NCBI GenBank assembly: GCA_965200345.1
Contig: OZ241378.1
Span: 659,231-723,230, forward strand
Source: Candidatus Poribacteria bacterium
GTDB lineage: Bacteria; Poribacteria; WGA-4E; WGA-3G
DNA: 64,000 bases
Direction: 5' to 3'
Shown: piece by piece, positions 1-10,105 of the stretch
How the letters are laid out: each line of letters begins with the position of its first letter
How positions within the stretch are numbered: position 1 is the stretch's first letter
Translations under genes and position numbers: made by a program
The notes under the pieces: generated by a model
Told to the model about the DNA's origin: nothing
Database searches by the model: none
What the model saw: the letters and a program-made list of their open reading frames with translations, nothing else

Positions 1-49
1 CATTTCAATTTGACGGATGCCGTCCGTGCTTTGTAGCACGAGAGAAACT

Positions 50-1207
50 ATGGAAGAATTGTTTAGTATTCATTACGCCGAAGTTGGACTCAAAGGGAAA
101 AATAGAGCATTTTTTGAAAAACGGCTTGCGAACAACATCAAACTGTCCCTGCAAGGTACCGGGTATGCTGAAGTAGAAAGGCTTCACGATAGGATTCTTG
201 TGCATCTTGGGCAACATGCGGATATTACTAAGATTAAGGAACGTTTACGGCACGTCATGGGCATCGCCCATTTTGAGCTTTCATGCCGTACCGAAAACAA
301 CATCGCAGCTATTAAAGATGGAGCCCTGCGGCACATCCGAGATGTCTCTTGCGAATCCCTGAAAGTTGAGACGAGGCGAGCAGACAAAACCTTCCCACTC
401 ACTTCTCCGGAGGTGAGTGCCGAGGTCGGTGGGTATCTCATCAAGGAAACAGGCGCACGGGCTGATATGCATAACCCCGACCTCACCTGTTGGATTAAAA
501 TAACACACAACGCGGCATATATCTCCGCCGAAAAAATTCAAGGGATCGGTGGTCTGCCAGTCGGTGTAAGTGGTAAGGTCCTTGTTATGTTGTCCGGCGG
601 GATTGACTCCCCCGTCGCTGCATGGCAAATGATCAAACGTGGCGCGAAAGCCGTTTTTATTCACTTTTATAGTTACCCTTATACCGATAAGGCTTCTTTG
701 GAGAAGGTCATCGAAATTGCTCAGATCTTAGCCGTATCTAATTATCGGAGCACCCTTTATCTCGTTCCGTTTGCGGATCTCCAGCAGACGATCGTCACCG
801 CAACGCCAGCCCCGTTCCGGGTTTTGTTGTATCGGCGGATGATGACACGGATCGCTGAGCGTGTTGCCGCTATGGTCGATGCGGAAGCACTTGTTACGGG
901 GGAAAGTCTTGCACAAGTGGCTTCGCAGACGCTGACAAATCTCCGAACGATTGAAGCGATTGCTGAAATCCCTATTTTGCGCCCACTTATTGGCGAGGAT
1001 AAAGCTGAAATCATCACGAAAGCACAACGGATAGGGACCTTTGATGTATCCACGCGTCCGCATCAAGACTGTTGCTCGCTTTTTGTGCCTAAGCATCCTG
1101 CCACGCGGGCATCGCTTACCGAGTTGGCGGATGCGGAATCAGGGTTGGATGTAGATACATTGGTTGAAGACGCACTGAATAACCTTGAAAAACAGGTGCT
1201 TGATTGA
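50..1207 (+). CDS. thiI: tRNA 4-thiouridine synthase ThiI (THUMP + PP-loop ATPase)
   Basis: ORF 17..1207. It has the N-terminal 'YAEVGLKGKNRxFFE' and the PP-loop 'SGGIDSPVAAW'. The ATG at 50 gives the family-typical N-terminus. Confidence 0.9.
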   Translation: MEELFSIHYAEVGLKGKNRAFFEKRLANNIKLSLQGTGYAEVERLHDRILVHLGQHADITKIKERLRHVMGIAHFELSCRTENNIAAIKDGALRHIRDVSCESLKVETRRADKTFPLTSPEVSAEVGGYLIKETGARADMHNPDLTCWIKITHNAAYISAEKIQGIGGLPVGVSGKVLVMLSGGIDSPVAAWQMIKRGAKAVFIHFYSYPYTDKASLEKVIEIAQILAVSNYRSTLYLVPFADLQQTIVTATPAPFRVLLYRRMMTRIAERVAAMVDAEALVTGESLAQVASQTLTNLRTIEAIAEIPILRPLIGEDKAEIITKAQRIGTFDVSTRPHQDCCSLFVPKHPATRASLTELADAESGLDVDTLVEDALNNLEKQVLD

Positions 1208-1211
1208 ACAG

Positions 1212-2219
1212 ATGGCTGCTGAAAAAATACTCCTTATTCGCCTCAGTTCCCTTGGCGACATTGTGCTCACAACACCCGCGATCCGGGCTGTTCGCGCCTA
1301 TTTCCCGGACGCGTACATCGCTATGCTTGTCGCAAAACAGTCCGCAGATATCCTCCGTGAAAATCCACATCTCAATGAAATAATTACGTTTGATCGGCTT
1401 GCTAAAGACAAGGATACCGGCGAGATGCTGCGAATTATTCGTCATCTGCGTGAACGAAAATTTACGATGGCTATTGATTTCCAGCGGAAGTTTCGTACTG
1501 AGATGCTCATGTATTTCAGTGGTGCCGCCGACCGTATCGGTAAAGGTAGATTCTGTACCATCCGCGTTCCTGAGCAGGGTAACAAACACGCCACAACACA
1601 CTATTTCGACCTGTTACATGCAGCTGGGATTCCGGCAGAAGATCAGAGATTGGAACTCTTTCTCTCCGAACCCGAGCGGTTAGATGCGGCGCAGCGGTTT
1701 GACGCTGCAGGTGTTAACAGTGGGGCGTTAACAGTGGGACTTTTTCCCGGTGCCGGATGGAAGTTACGCGAATGGATGCCTGAACGCTTCGCTGCCATTG
1801 GGGATAGGCTTGTGGAGCATTTCAACGCCAATGTTTTGATTTTTGGGGGACCAAAAGAGGCGGCACTCGTGCAGACTATTGCCAATCTCATGAACACACA
1901 CGCTATTCCGTTTGCGGGGAACCTCCAAGTTCGGCAGTTAGCCGCCTGCCTTAGAAAGTGTGATCTCTTTCTCACCAACGACACCGGTCCGATGCATATC
2001 GCCGCAGCGGTCGGAACTCCCACCGTGTCTCTGTTCGGTCCCGGCAATCACATCCGATTTCAACCGCTCGGAACATTGCATCAAACCATCCGTCACGCTG
2101 TGCCGTGCAGTCCATGTAAGCAGTTCACAGATAAATGCAAAGACAATATCTGCATGAAAGGGATTGGTGTGGATGAGGTGTGGCACTCTATCTCTCGCGT
2201 CCTTGCGAAAGTTGCTTAA
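1212..2219 (+). CDS. glycosyltransferase family 9 (heptosyltransferase-like)
   Basis: 'ILLIRLSSLGDIVLTTPAIRAVR' and 'NDTGPMHIAAAVGTPTVSLFGP' are typical GT9 motifs. The ATG at 1212 lies just after the thiI stop. Confidence 0.8.
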   Translation: MAAEKILLIRLSSLGDIVLTTPAIRAVRAYFPDAYIAMLVAKQSADILRENPHLNEIITFDRLAKDKDTGEMLRIIRHLRERKFTMAIDFQRKFRTEMLMYFSGAADRIGKGRFCTIRVPEQGNKHATTHYFDLLHAAGIPAEDQRLELFLSEPERLDAAQRFDAAGVNSGALTVGLFPGAGWKLREWMPERFAAIGDRLVEHFNANVLIFGGPKEAALVQTIANLMNTHAIPFAGNLQVRQLAACLRKCDLFLTNDTGPMHIAAAVGTPTVSLFGPGNHIRFQPLGTLHQTIRHAVPCSPCKQFTDKCKDNICMKGIGVDEVWHSISRVLAKVA

Positions 2220-2238
2220 CCTGAACCAAGCCAGTGCA

Positions 2239-3312
2239 TTACCCGCACGCTGTCTCAAAGACGCGTAGGTGATTTTCGCCGAGTACCTTTCGGATATCGT
2301 CATCGGAATAGCCGCGTTCACTCAGCCCTTCCGCGATTTTGATAAATTCGCTGGCATCCTTGAGTAAATCTCCACCGCCATCAAAATCCGAACCGATACC
2401 AACATGGTCAATGCCAGCGATGTCAATAGCGTAGGCGATATGGTTAAGCAATTGCGCCAGGGGGGGCATTTTTTGCCAACCGTCTATCATAATAAACCCT
2501 GGAACAAAGGTGATTCCGACAACACCGCCATTAGCCGATAAAGCTTTCAATTGTTCGTTGCTCAAGTTCCGTGGGTGCCGGCACAAAGTCTTACAATTGC
2601 TATGAGAGGCAATAACCGGATGCTCCGAGATTTCGAGAACATCCCAAAATCCACGTTCACTGATATGCGAGACATCCACGAGCATTCCTAAGCGGTTCAT
2701 CTCTTTAACCAATGCCATCCCAAATCGGGTCAAGCCGCCCCCCATATCCTCTTCATCATTTCCCGTTGATGCCCATGTATTTAGATTATGCGTTAAGCCA
2801 ATAGAGCGGACACCGAGCAAGTAAAGCGAGCGGAGTATATTCAGGCTCCGTTCGACTGCCTCACTGTTTTCAATGACGAGCACTGCAGCGAGTTTACCCG
2901 CTGCCTTCGCCTCGCGAATATCACTCGCTTTCCGAACGATGCAGATGTCGTCAGCGTTTGCTGTCACTTCTTCGTTGAACCACCCGAACGCATCTAACGC
3001 ATAAGCGAGATGGTTTTTCCAGGCGCGCGTCACGTCAACGGCGAAGAAAGCAGCATCAATACCACCTTGTCGCATTTTTGGGATATTGAGTTGGATACCG
3101 ATGGCTTCCTCTGCCGGTGGCACGGCACCGCGCAGATAGGCGATAGTGCCAACCGGATCCTCTGGATTTCGGGCGTTCTCGTCAGCAAAGCTCACATTAC
3201 CGCGACGGATATGTGCCACGATGGCATCATTGTGCGAGTCAATCACGAGTGCCTGCTCGTGTAACTCAGCAATCCGCTTGTCTATTTGGGTCTGTCTGTT
3301 TTTCTTTTCCAT
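2239..3312 (-). CDS. membrane dipeptidase, peptidase family M19
   Basis: The M19 metal-ligand motifs 'IDSHND', 'GLTHN', 'VDVSH' and 'GSDFDG' are present. Confidence 0.85.
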   Translation of the reverse strand: MEKKNRQTQIDKRIAELHEQALVIDSHNDAIVAHIRRGNVSFADENARNPEDPVGTIAYLRGAVPPAEEAIGIQLNIPKMRQGGIDAAFFAVDVTRAWKNHLAYALDAFGWFNEEVTANADDICIVRKASDIREAKAAGKLAAVLVIENSEAVERSLNILRSLYLLGVRSIGLTHNLNTWASTGNDEEDMGGGLTRFGMALVKEMNRLGMLVDVSHISERGFWDVLEISEHPVIASHSNCKTLCRHPRNLSNEQLKALSANGGVVGITFVPGFIMIDGWQKMPPLAQLLNHIAYAIDIAGIDHVGIGSDFDGGGDLLKDASEFIKIAEGLSERGYSDDDIRKVLGENHLRVFETACG

Positions 3313-3317
3313 AGTCC

Positions 3318-4355
3318 TCAGGCTAAATCCAGTACTGTTTGTATCGTTCGTTCGGCTATATCAGATGTAATCCGTAGCGTTGTCGCGACGGTGTACGGGA
3401 GCTGGTGTTGCGCGACGTAGTCGGACAAATTGATAAGCGTATCAGCAATTGCCTCACGGGCGACAGCTGACGGACGATAGTTAATCTGCAAACACTCTAA
3501 TGCATGACGATACTGCATCCACGGTTGCGATTGCAACGCAGCCATCAGTAAAATACCGAGTCCTACCAATTCACCGTGTAAAAGATCGCCACTGCCTGCA
3601 GATGTTAAGTGCTTCTCAAGTGCGTAAGTAAAATAGTGTTCGCTCCCCTCTTCAACGCGACTATGTCCGCATAGATTACAAAGCTGCACCTCCATACAGA
3701 GCAGGTCGAGTAGAAGTTTCAATCCTTCAGGTGTCCCGTTGCCAATCTCCCGTGCGTTTTCCAAGAGCGTTTGGAGGAGGGTCTCCCCGATAGCAACTGC
3801 CTGTGGCGTAATTTGTTGATCAGATGGATTCTCACCCATCTTCTCCGCTTCTTGCCAATCCCATAGCGCTGTTGCGATTGAGAGCACATCCGCTGCGCCA
3901 CTCGCTCGCATTGCAGCAGGGGCGTTGCAGAGCATATCCATATCTACGATAACAGTATCAGGGGTCTTTGTAGGAAGATAGTGGACACATCCGTTTCCTC
4001 TAACACCTGTTGCATCGGTGAGGAAAGCGTCTGTTGACAAAATCGTCGGGACCGCGATGAGAGGCAAGTCGTTTGCGGAGGCAACGTACTTAGCGGTGTC
4101 AATTGCCAGACCACCGCCGATTCCGTAAACCACTTCACCTTCGCATCCGTCGGCAAACGCAGCCATAGTTGCCTCCGTGTTGCCGTCAACATAGAGAAGT
4201 TGATGTGGATTTATATCAACGCCTTCGACTGCCTGCCAAGCAGGCCCTGTCGTCAAAACGACTGCCTCGCGGCGTTCATTAATATCGGCAAACGCGCGTG
4301 TCACAATACTCGGCAATCGTCCAATATCTTTTTCAGAATGCTCTTCTAATAACAT
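3318..4355 (-). CDS. iron-containing alcohol dehydrogenase superfamily, sn-glycerol-1-phosphate dehydrogenase-like (AraM/EgsA type)
   Basis: 'GIGGGLAIDTAKY', 'VPTILSTDAF', 'SGAADVLS..ALWDW' and 'EGSEHYF...LHGELVG' match the G1PDH/AraM pattern. Confidence 0.65.
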   Translation of the reverse strand: MLLEEHSEKDIGRLPSIVTRAFADINERREAVVLTTGPAWQAVEGVDINPHQLLYVDGNTEATMAAFADGCEGEVVYGIGGGLAIDTAKYVASANDLPLIAVPTILSTDAFLTDATGVRGNGCVHYLPTKTPDTVIVDMDMLCNAPAAMRASGAADVLSIATALWDWQEAEKMGENPSDQQITPQAVAIGETLLQTLLENAREIGNGTPEGLKLLLDLLCMEVQLCNLCGHSRVEEGSEHYFTYALEKHLTSAGSGDLLHGELVGLGILLMAALQSQPWMQYRHALECLQINYRPSAVAREAIADTLINLSDYVAQHQLPYTVATTLRITSDIAERTIQTVLDLA

Positions 4356-4370
4356 CAGAATCCTCTGGTC

Positions 4371-5510
4371 TCACTTCACTGACAACGGTAACTCGAGAAA
4401 ATAAATTTGTCGGGAGCCTTCATGAACTGAATCGAAAGTAATTGCTTGTCCATCTGGTGCCCAACGCGGGTGTAAATCACATCGGATGTCTCCAGTGAAC
4501 TGTTCTTCATGATGGAACTCACCCAAGACAATCTTCCGATTTTCAGCGATATTGTAAACCATCAATTGCGCTAACCGTTCGGGACCTCGTGGATATGTAT
4601 CGCACAACAGCCACTGCCGATCGGGCGAAAATGAGGCGTGCCCATCGTGAGGTAACACACCGCGTCCGATAGGTGTGAAGTCCCGTGCCCCATCTGTAAA
4701 TTCAACAAACCCCATCTCATCAACAATATCTGAAGAGACAAGAATCCGCGTCGGTGTCCGCCAATCGAAATGTGACACGCGATACCCGAACGGAATTTGC
4801 ATTTCCAAATCAGTACCATCAGGGTTCACCGTCCAGAGTGAGGTGTAGAACCCTGTTTCCGCACGCACTCGGCAAAAAAATAGGAGGCGCGTGCCATCTG
4901 TATTAAATAAAACATGGTTGAACCAGGTCCGTTTCCCTACCATCCGTGCGTCACCACTGGCTCGTATAACATCGGCGATAGAGCGTACAAGTTTAGAATT
5001 TCCATCTCGGAGGTTAAGTTGATATAAACCGTCTGTCTCCGGTTGTGCCTCAATGTCACTTGGTTTGCTGTGGGTAGCGTAGCCGACGACGGCTCGACAG
5101 TGTGCCATCCGTCCATAGTTTAACCCAATCGCAAGCGGTGCGGTAGGAGACACGGCAGCGATCGCCCCTTTTATAGTGCGCACATCGCCCGTGGTTGGAT
5201 TTAAGGCACGCGATACCAGCGTGTCCTCCTCCCAATCATTAAACGTGAATTCTGCAGCAGCGGTAGCGTCTATCCAATGCATCATGCTACCCTGTTGGAG
5301 GTTAAAAGCGGTGGTCTTCGCGTGCGGAATAAATTGATGCGTGTTCCGATCAACTAATCCGACTGTTGCCACGTCTTCTGGCATAGGGCGATGTGTATGA
5401 AAATCTGTCTCTAATGCAAGATGATACCGCGTTGTGCTATCCCAAGGATTAATGCCGTAGTACCCAAAAAAATGGTGCTTTGGACACGTAGACAGTTTTT
5501 TAATGTTCAT
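4371..5510 (-). CDS. oligogalacturonate-lyase-family / TolB-like beta-propeller protein
   Basis: The C-terminus 'HPRWAPDGQAITFDSVHEGSRQIYFLELP' resembles the Ogl-family C-terminus. The sequence has a repeated beta-propeller character. Confidence 0.5.
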   Translation of the reverse strand: MNIKKLSTCPKHHFFGYYGINPWDSTTRYHLALETDFHTHRPMPEDVATVGLVDRNTHQFIPHAKTTAFNLQQGSMMHWIDATAAAEFTFNDWEEDTLVSRALNPTTGDVRTIKGAIAAVSPTAPLAIGLNYGRMAHCRAVVGYATHSKPSDIEAQPETDGLYQLNLRDGNSKLVRSIADVIRASGDARMVGKRTWFNHVLFNTDGTRLLFFCRVRAETGFYTSLWTVNPDGTDLEMQIPFGYRVSHFDWRTPTRILVSSDIVDEMGFVEFTDGARDFTPIGRGVLPHDGHASFSPDRQWLLCDTYPRGPERLAQLMVYNIAENRKIVLGEFHHEEQFTGDIRCDLHPRWAPDGQAITFDSVHEGSRQIYFLELPLSVK

Positions 5511-5747
5511 ATTACTTCTTGAGACTTTGAATCAACAGTCCTTATTAATTCTAATTTAGTTCCATCTATTTTTTATTGGGTATGAATTTTGAAACCGAAA
5601 TCCAACTTATATCGTTTTACCCTTTAGTCTACATTTCCAAAAAGCTAAGTGGTCCCTCTGAATGAATTCGGCACCTTCCTGAACATAGCGCGCAATAAGC
5701 CTTTTGTATTCTTAACCACAAGCGATCCGGACGAAAAAAAAAAGAAA

Positions 5748-6482
5748 ATGCAATTTGCAGCCAGAACGGATACAGGTAAACTTCGCGATAGGAACGAAGA
5801 CTTATACTATTTTGATACGCAGCTTCAACTGTTTGCTATCGCTGATGGTATGAGTGGACACGAACGCGGCGACATCGCGAGTCGCATTGCTCTTGAAGTT
5901 ATTCAGGAGTGGGCGGAAACCCAAGCATCTCCACAGAGCGACTTAGGTCCCATGAAACGACTCGGAGTTCTCAGCGAACTTGCGGAGGCAGCGAACGAGC
6001 GTATCTATACTTCCGCTGAGAGTCAAGGCAAAGGTCGCGGCATGGGCACAACCTTCATTGCAGGTTTTGTTACCTTTAGTTATCTCGCGTACGTGCATGT
6101 CGGCGATAGTAGACTCTATGTCCTACGCGATGAAACACTCACACAGATAACGACAGACGACTCCTTCGTTGAAAAAATGGTCGACAAAGGTGAAATAACA
6201 CCAGAAGAGGGGCGCGTCCATGAAAAACGGAACATCATTACACAAGCGATCGGTTTGAAGCCAGAGGTTAGCGTCAATGCAGATGCATATCCGCTTGTCC
6301 CCGGTGATATTGTCCTCGCCTGTACCGATGGTTTGCATGACCTAATTATCAACGATGACGAGATCGCCGACATTATCTTGTCTGCTTCTGGTATTGAAGA
6401 GGCATCTGAGAATCTCATCAACAAGGCACTTGATTATGGAGGCACCGATAACGTTACGGTACTTCTTATAGATGTTGATTAA
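5748..6482 (+). CDS. PP2C-family Ser/Thr protein phosphatase
   Basis: PPM motifs 'RTDTGKLRDRNED', 'ADGMSGH' and 'GGTDNVTV' are present. The ATG at 5748 gives the family N-terminus. Confidence 0.85.
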   Translation: MQFAARTDTGKLRDRNEDLYYFDTQLQLFAIADGMSGHERGDIASRIALEVIQEWAETQASPQSDLGPMKRLGVLSELAEAANERIYTSAESQGKGRGMGTTFIAGFVTFSYLAYVHVGDSRLYVLRDETLTQITTDDSFVEKMVDKGEITPEEGRVHEKRNIITQAIGLKPEVSVNADAYPLVPGDIVLACTDGLHDLIINDDEIADIILSASGIEEASENLINKALDYGGTDNVTVLLIDVD

Positions 6483-6534
6483 CCCGCCATACCCCGCATC
6501 TCTTTTCAGGTTCGCAAGTTTCCCAAAAACGCGA

Positions 6535-6990
6535 TCATAATTCCGACGTACTTTCCCCGTGTTCTCCAAAAACCAATACGCTGTCTGGATCTGACTCTTC
6601 TTGTGCTTCTTCGACATGTACAGGCATTGCTAACTCTGGCAGTTCAATCCGCTCGGCTTCAGCCCACAAACGTTCGAGGTTATAATAAGCACGTCTTTCG
6701 GACAGAAAGACATGTACAACAAAATCAACGTAGTCTAAGAGAATCCAATCCGCTTTACGCGCGCCTTCCTGATGCCAAGGTTTCTGTGACCAGTTGCTTT
6801 CAAGTTCCTCAAGCACGGCTTGCGAAATACCTTCTACTTGGATGTCGGAGACACCGCTGAAGATAGCGAAGAAGTCCGTGAAACCATCAAGTTCACGTAA
6901 ATCAAGAATAACACCATCTTGTGCGCGGCGGCTCATCGCTGCCGAAGCGGCGGCTTTTACCATATCTAATGTGTTTTTTCCGTTTTCCAT
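6535..6990 (-). CDS. rsfS: ribosome silencing factor RsfS (iojap family)
   Basis: 'DLRELDGFTDFFAIFSG', 'WILLDYVDFVVHVF' and 'YYNLERLW' match the family. It follows yqeK as in the conserved nadD-yqeK-rsfS cluster. Confidence 0.85.
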   Translation of the reverse strand: MENGKNTLDMVKAAASAAMSRRAQDGVILDLRELDGFTDFFAIFSGVSDIQVEGISQAVLEELESNWSQKPWHQEGARKADWILLDYVDFVVHVFLSERRAYYNLERLWAEAERIELPELAMPVHVEEAQEESDPDSVLVFGEHGESTSEL

Positions 6991-7001
6991 TGTAAATTCC
7001 T

Positions 7002-7625
7002 TTAAGTTTTGACGCTCTCTAACGTGCTGTTGTAGGTATGAAGCGTATTTGGATGAATCATTACACCTTTATTCAAAAGGTGTTCAATTTTCGCGCGAGC
7101 GACATGATGAACGGCACGCCTCAAGTCTGTGTACGCTAACTCCCGTACGAGATGAACAGCTGTATGTGTCCGCGTCGGCTCCGCGAAGTCTGCTACGTAT
7201 AATACCTGTGATATAACCCCCATTGATGGATTTCCGGTTGTGTGGTTGCGAATGGCTTCGAGCACCTCAAGTTCTGTTACAGCGAATTTCTCAACCGCTA
7301 ATTTCACGCCTATAAGTGGATGCAAGAGCGAAGGATTTACCTCTTCAATCGGGTCAAGGCGAATTTCATAGGCGTGTACTGCCTCATATAACGCTTGAGC
7401 GTTCATCCATTTCGCGCTGTCATGTAAAAGCGCAGCCAGGCTTGCCTGCCAAATATCCGCTTTATGAACACACGCGAGATCCACCGCCATCTCTTGTACG
7501 GCGAGGACATGCTGAAGCCGTTCCGCACTCAATTTATCTGAGAGATACTGTTGAATTTCAATCGACTTCGGGTGTGCCCGGAGTTCTGCGAGTGTGGTGT
7601 CTATCTGATCGTATACGTAGTCCAA
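7002..7625 (-). CDS. yqeK: HD-domain bis(5'-nucleosyl)-tetraphosphatase YqeK
   Basis: HD motifs 'HVLAV' and 'LLHDSAKW' are present, and the gene lies between nadD and rsfS. Confidence 0.8.
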   Translation of the reverse strand: MDYVYDQIDTTLAELRAHPKSIEIQQYLSDKLSAERLQHVLAVQEMAVDLACVHKADIWQASLAALLHDSAKWMNAQALYEAVHAYEIRLDPIEEVNPSLLHPLIGVKLAVEKFAVTELEVLEAIRNHTTGNPSMGVISQVLYVADFAEPTRTHTAVHLVRELAYTDLRRAVHHVARAKIEHLLNKGVMIHPNTLHTYNSTLESVKT

Positions 7626-7928
7626 TTACTCTCTCTCATCGTCAATGCGAATCCCTAATTCGGCTAATTCAGCAAGCAGTTCTCGTTCAGTCTCAGACAA
7701 AATCGTGTCCGGCAACGGGGTACGAATCGCGTATTCCTCATTCATCCATTTTGAGAGATCCGCGGCTTTGCACCGGGCACTACAGAATGGGAAATTTTTG
7801 GGTAAAGGGGTCCCGACTTCCCACACAAAATCATAAACTGTTCCGCACATGCTGCATGTATGTTCCACGTTTTTAAGGTCCTTATATTCAAAAGCGCGCT
7901 TTCCACACAACGCGAAAGCATTGCACAA
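7626..7928 (-). CDS. YacG-like zinc-finger protein
   Basis: 'CSMCG...FPFCSARCKAADLSKWMNEEYAI' fits the YacG pattern C-x2-C...PFCS-x-RC-x3-DL-x-W. Confidence 0.5.
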   Translation of the reverse strand: MCNAFALCGKRAFEYKDLKNVEHTCSMCGTVYDFVWEVGTPLPKNFPFCSARCKAADLSKWMNEEYAIRTPLPDTILSETERELLAELAELGIRIDDERE

Positions 7929-7946
7929 CCTCTTAAGAATGTCTTC

Positions 7947-8345
7947 TCAGGGACTGACAATGTGGCGTTGCTTCAGGGTTTCTATTTCTGCTTTGAGCGT
8001 CTCAATTTCTTCCTGTTGTAGATTGTCTCGGATACTGCGCCTGTGTGCCAATATACCCCACACAGTTGCACCTATCGCAAGAATTGCCAAAGGTAAACCG
8101 ATGCAGGCAATGATGATGTTATTTTGTCTGTCAAAACTCTTTTCAATCCTGTCAAAACTCTTGTCAACCCTGTCAAAACTCTTTTCAACCCTGTCAAAAC
8201 CCTTAGCGACATTCTCTTTTAGATTCTTGAGGTCGGTTTTAATCACAAGGACATCTGCTTTGAGTGTGTCATCTACTTCCGACTGCGCATATAAAGGCAA
8301 CGTGATTGCACAAAGAAGTAGCAAGCAAAGTAAAATCGTTTTCAT
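7947..8345 (-). CDS. hypothetical secreted, membrane-anchored coiled-coil protein with (E/D)KSFDR(V/I) repeats
   Basis: The protein has the signal peptide MKTILLCLLLLCAITLPLYA, four tandem 'KSFDRx' heptads, one TM helix and a C-terminal coiled coil. An internal ATG at 8345 was chosen so the CDS does not overlap nadD. Confidence 0.5.
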   Translation of the reverse strand: MKTILLCLLLLCAITLPLYAQSEVDDTLKADVLVIKTDLKNLKENVAKGFDRVEKSFDRVDKSFDRIEKSFDRQNNIIIACIGLPLAILAIGATVWGILAHRRSIRDNLQQEEIETLKAEIETLKQRHIVSP

Positions 8346-8391
8346 GATGTAGTTGCTTGTTTTCTGATGAATTTTAAACGGATATTTCCTG

Positions 8392-8991
8392 TTATTGATA
8401 CAACCGATACCGCTGAATATAAGATTCAACTGTTTCTGGTACAAGGTACCGAATGGAAAGCCCCTTGCGTATCCGTTCCCGAATGGCTGTAGCAGATATA
8501 TCCACACCTGTTATTGGAAAGGTCGTAACCCGCTTGCGAACTTCCAATGGCACCCGGTTTAGGTCGTAATTCGGGCGTGTCGTTGCAATCATAATACACC
8601 GTGCCAAAACTTCGTCGAAATCTCTCCAGACTTTATACTCGATGAGCGAATCTGCACCGATGATCCATGCGAGTTCGGTCGTCTCTCCGTAAAGTTTTTG
8701 TAGCGCCTTTAGCGTTTCAACGGTATATGACGGACCGGCGCGCTCCAGTTCTATCCGTGACACTTCAAAGTGTGTATGCTCTGCAATTGCCAAGAGTACC
8801 ATCTGATATCGGTGTTCGGGTTCAATAATATCGGTATCTGCGACCTTATGCGGGGGTCTCGCAGAAGGGATAAATAAGATCTTATCGTAGCCCAATCCGA
8901 CCCGGACCTGTTCAGCACTCAGCAGATGCGCGTAGTGAATCGGGTTGAATGTTCCGCCCATCACAGCGATTCTTTGGGTTGTCTTCAGCAT
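8392..8991 (-). CDS. nadD: nicotinate-nucleotide adenylyltransferase
   Basis: 'GGTFNPIHYAHL' motif and typical length. Confidence 0.9.
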   Translation of the reverse strand: MLKTTQRIAVMGGTFNPIHYAHLLSAEQVRVGLGYDKILFIPSARPPHKVADTDIIEPEHRYQMVLLAIAEHTHFEVSRIELERAGPSYTVETLKALQKLYGETTELAWIIGADSLIEYKVWRDFDEVLARCIMIATTRPNYDLNRVPLEVRKRVTTFPITGVDISATAIRERIRKGLSIRYLVPETVESYIQRYRLYQ

Positions 8992-9052
8992 CAGAATGTC
9001 CAGCAGATATGAACTTAATTAAGTCAATCTCGCACTTCTCCATGCTCCTTAA

Positions 9053-9081
9053 AGTATACGGTTTTACACGAGAAAAGTCAA
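9053..9081 (-). promoter_or_regulatory. sigma70-type promoter for the nadD operon (TTGACT-17-TATACT)
   Basis: The reverse complement reads TTGACT (9081..9076), a 17-nt spacer, then TATACT (9058..9053). It lies about 60 nt upstream of the nadD ATG. Confidence 0.5.
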
Positions 9082-9099
9082 TGGGAAAATCGGGACACG

Positions 9100-9867
9100 C
9101 TAACCTCCGTGTAGGCGAGCCTTGTAATCATCATAAGCCCGCTCAATCTGTTTTGCGGATTCTTCGGGACCGATGAAATGCGCGCCGGTCAACACAACAG
9201 GCGGTTTCCCGCGTTCCGTCAGCAGCTCAGCGACTCGGCACTTAATCGCATTGACAATCGAGAGTGTGCCAATGCTGGACGTGGGTCCCACCGGATACGC
9301 CAGATTCGGGATGTCAACAACGGCATCACCGGGTGGATTACAATTGTCAATCGTTAGGTCCGCGATTTCAAAAAGCCGTTTACCAGAGGTGTGCTTTGAG
9401 GTTGATGAACGACTGTGCACAATGGAACTCACCGCGATGACAGGTAGATGCCGCGCCTTCGCTCCCATGGCTATTTCAATCGGCAGGATATTCGTGCCTG
9501 AATTGGAAAACACCATCATGGTGTCGTGAGGACCGAAAGTGAAATTGCGTAAGATGACTTCCGCATAGCCTGAGATGTTTTCCAGAAAGAGTGCCTGCCG
9601 CTGACCGTTGCAACCGACGACTTGGTTGTGATAGGTAACGGCTAATTCTACGATTGGAAAGAAACCCGGGAAGCTTCCGTAACGCGGGAACATCTCCTCG
9701 ACTGCCATGCGGGAATGCCCCGATCCGAATAGGTAGACGAGACCGTCTTCGGCTATTGTTTCAGCACATATATCGGAGACCTGCGCAATCGTGTCGGTTT
9801 GCGTCGCTTCAATCTGTTTCAAAATGTCTTGTGCAGTGTGTAGGTAACTGAGATGGGAAGTACTCAT
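9100..9867 (-). CDS. SIS-domain protein (UPF0309-type sugar phosphate isomerase-like)
   Basis: 'LVYLFGSGHSRMAVEE' and 'MMVFSNSGTN' are SIS-fold motifs. Confidence 0.7.
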   Translation of the reverse strand: MSTSHLSYLHTAQDILKQIEATQTDTIAQVSDICAETIAEDGLVYLFGSGHSRMAVEEMFPRYGSFPGFFPIVELAVTYHNQVVGCNGQRQALFLENISGYAEVILRNFTFGPHDTMMVFSNSGTNILPIEIAMGAKARHLPVIAVSSIVHSRSSTSKHTSGKRLFEIADLTIDNCNPPGDAVVDIPNLAYPVGPTSSIGTLSIVNAIKCRVAELLTERGKPPVVLTGAHFIGPEESAKQIERAYDDYKARLHGG

Positions 9868-10105
9868 AATATTGTTGTTTGCTGAACCTCAATCGCTTAA
9901 TTTTTGAATTTATTATTACAGTGTAATGCGTGTGTCCATATTGCTAAAATGCCAGCATCTATTCTATCACAATTCTGACATATCCACAATGTTTTTCTGC
10001 AGGTCCTCAGGACGATTTAGTTTTCGGTTTTCGTCCAATTTTGACTCCCCAGGTCCGGTAGGTGTCAATTTAGGGATTTTCCGTGCCATTCTCGTTCCAT
10101 TAAGT

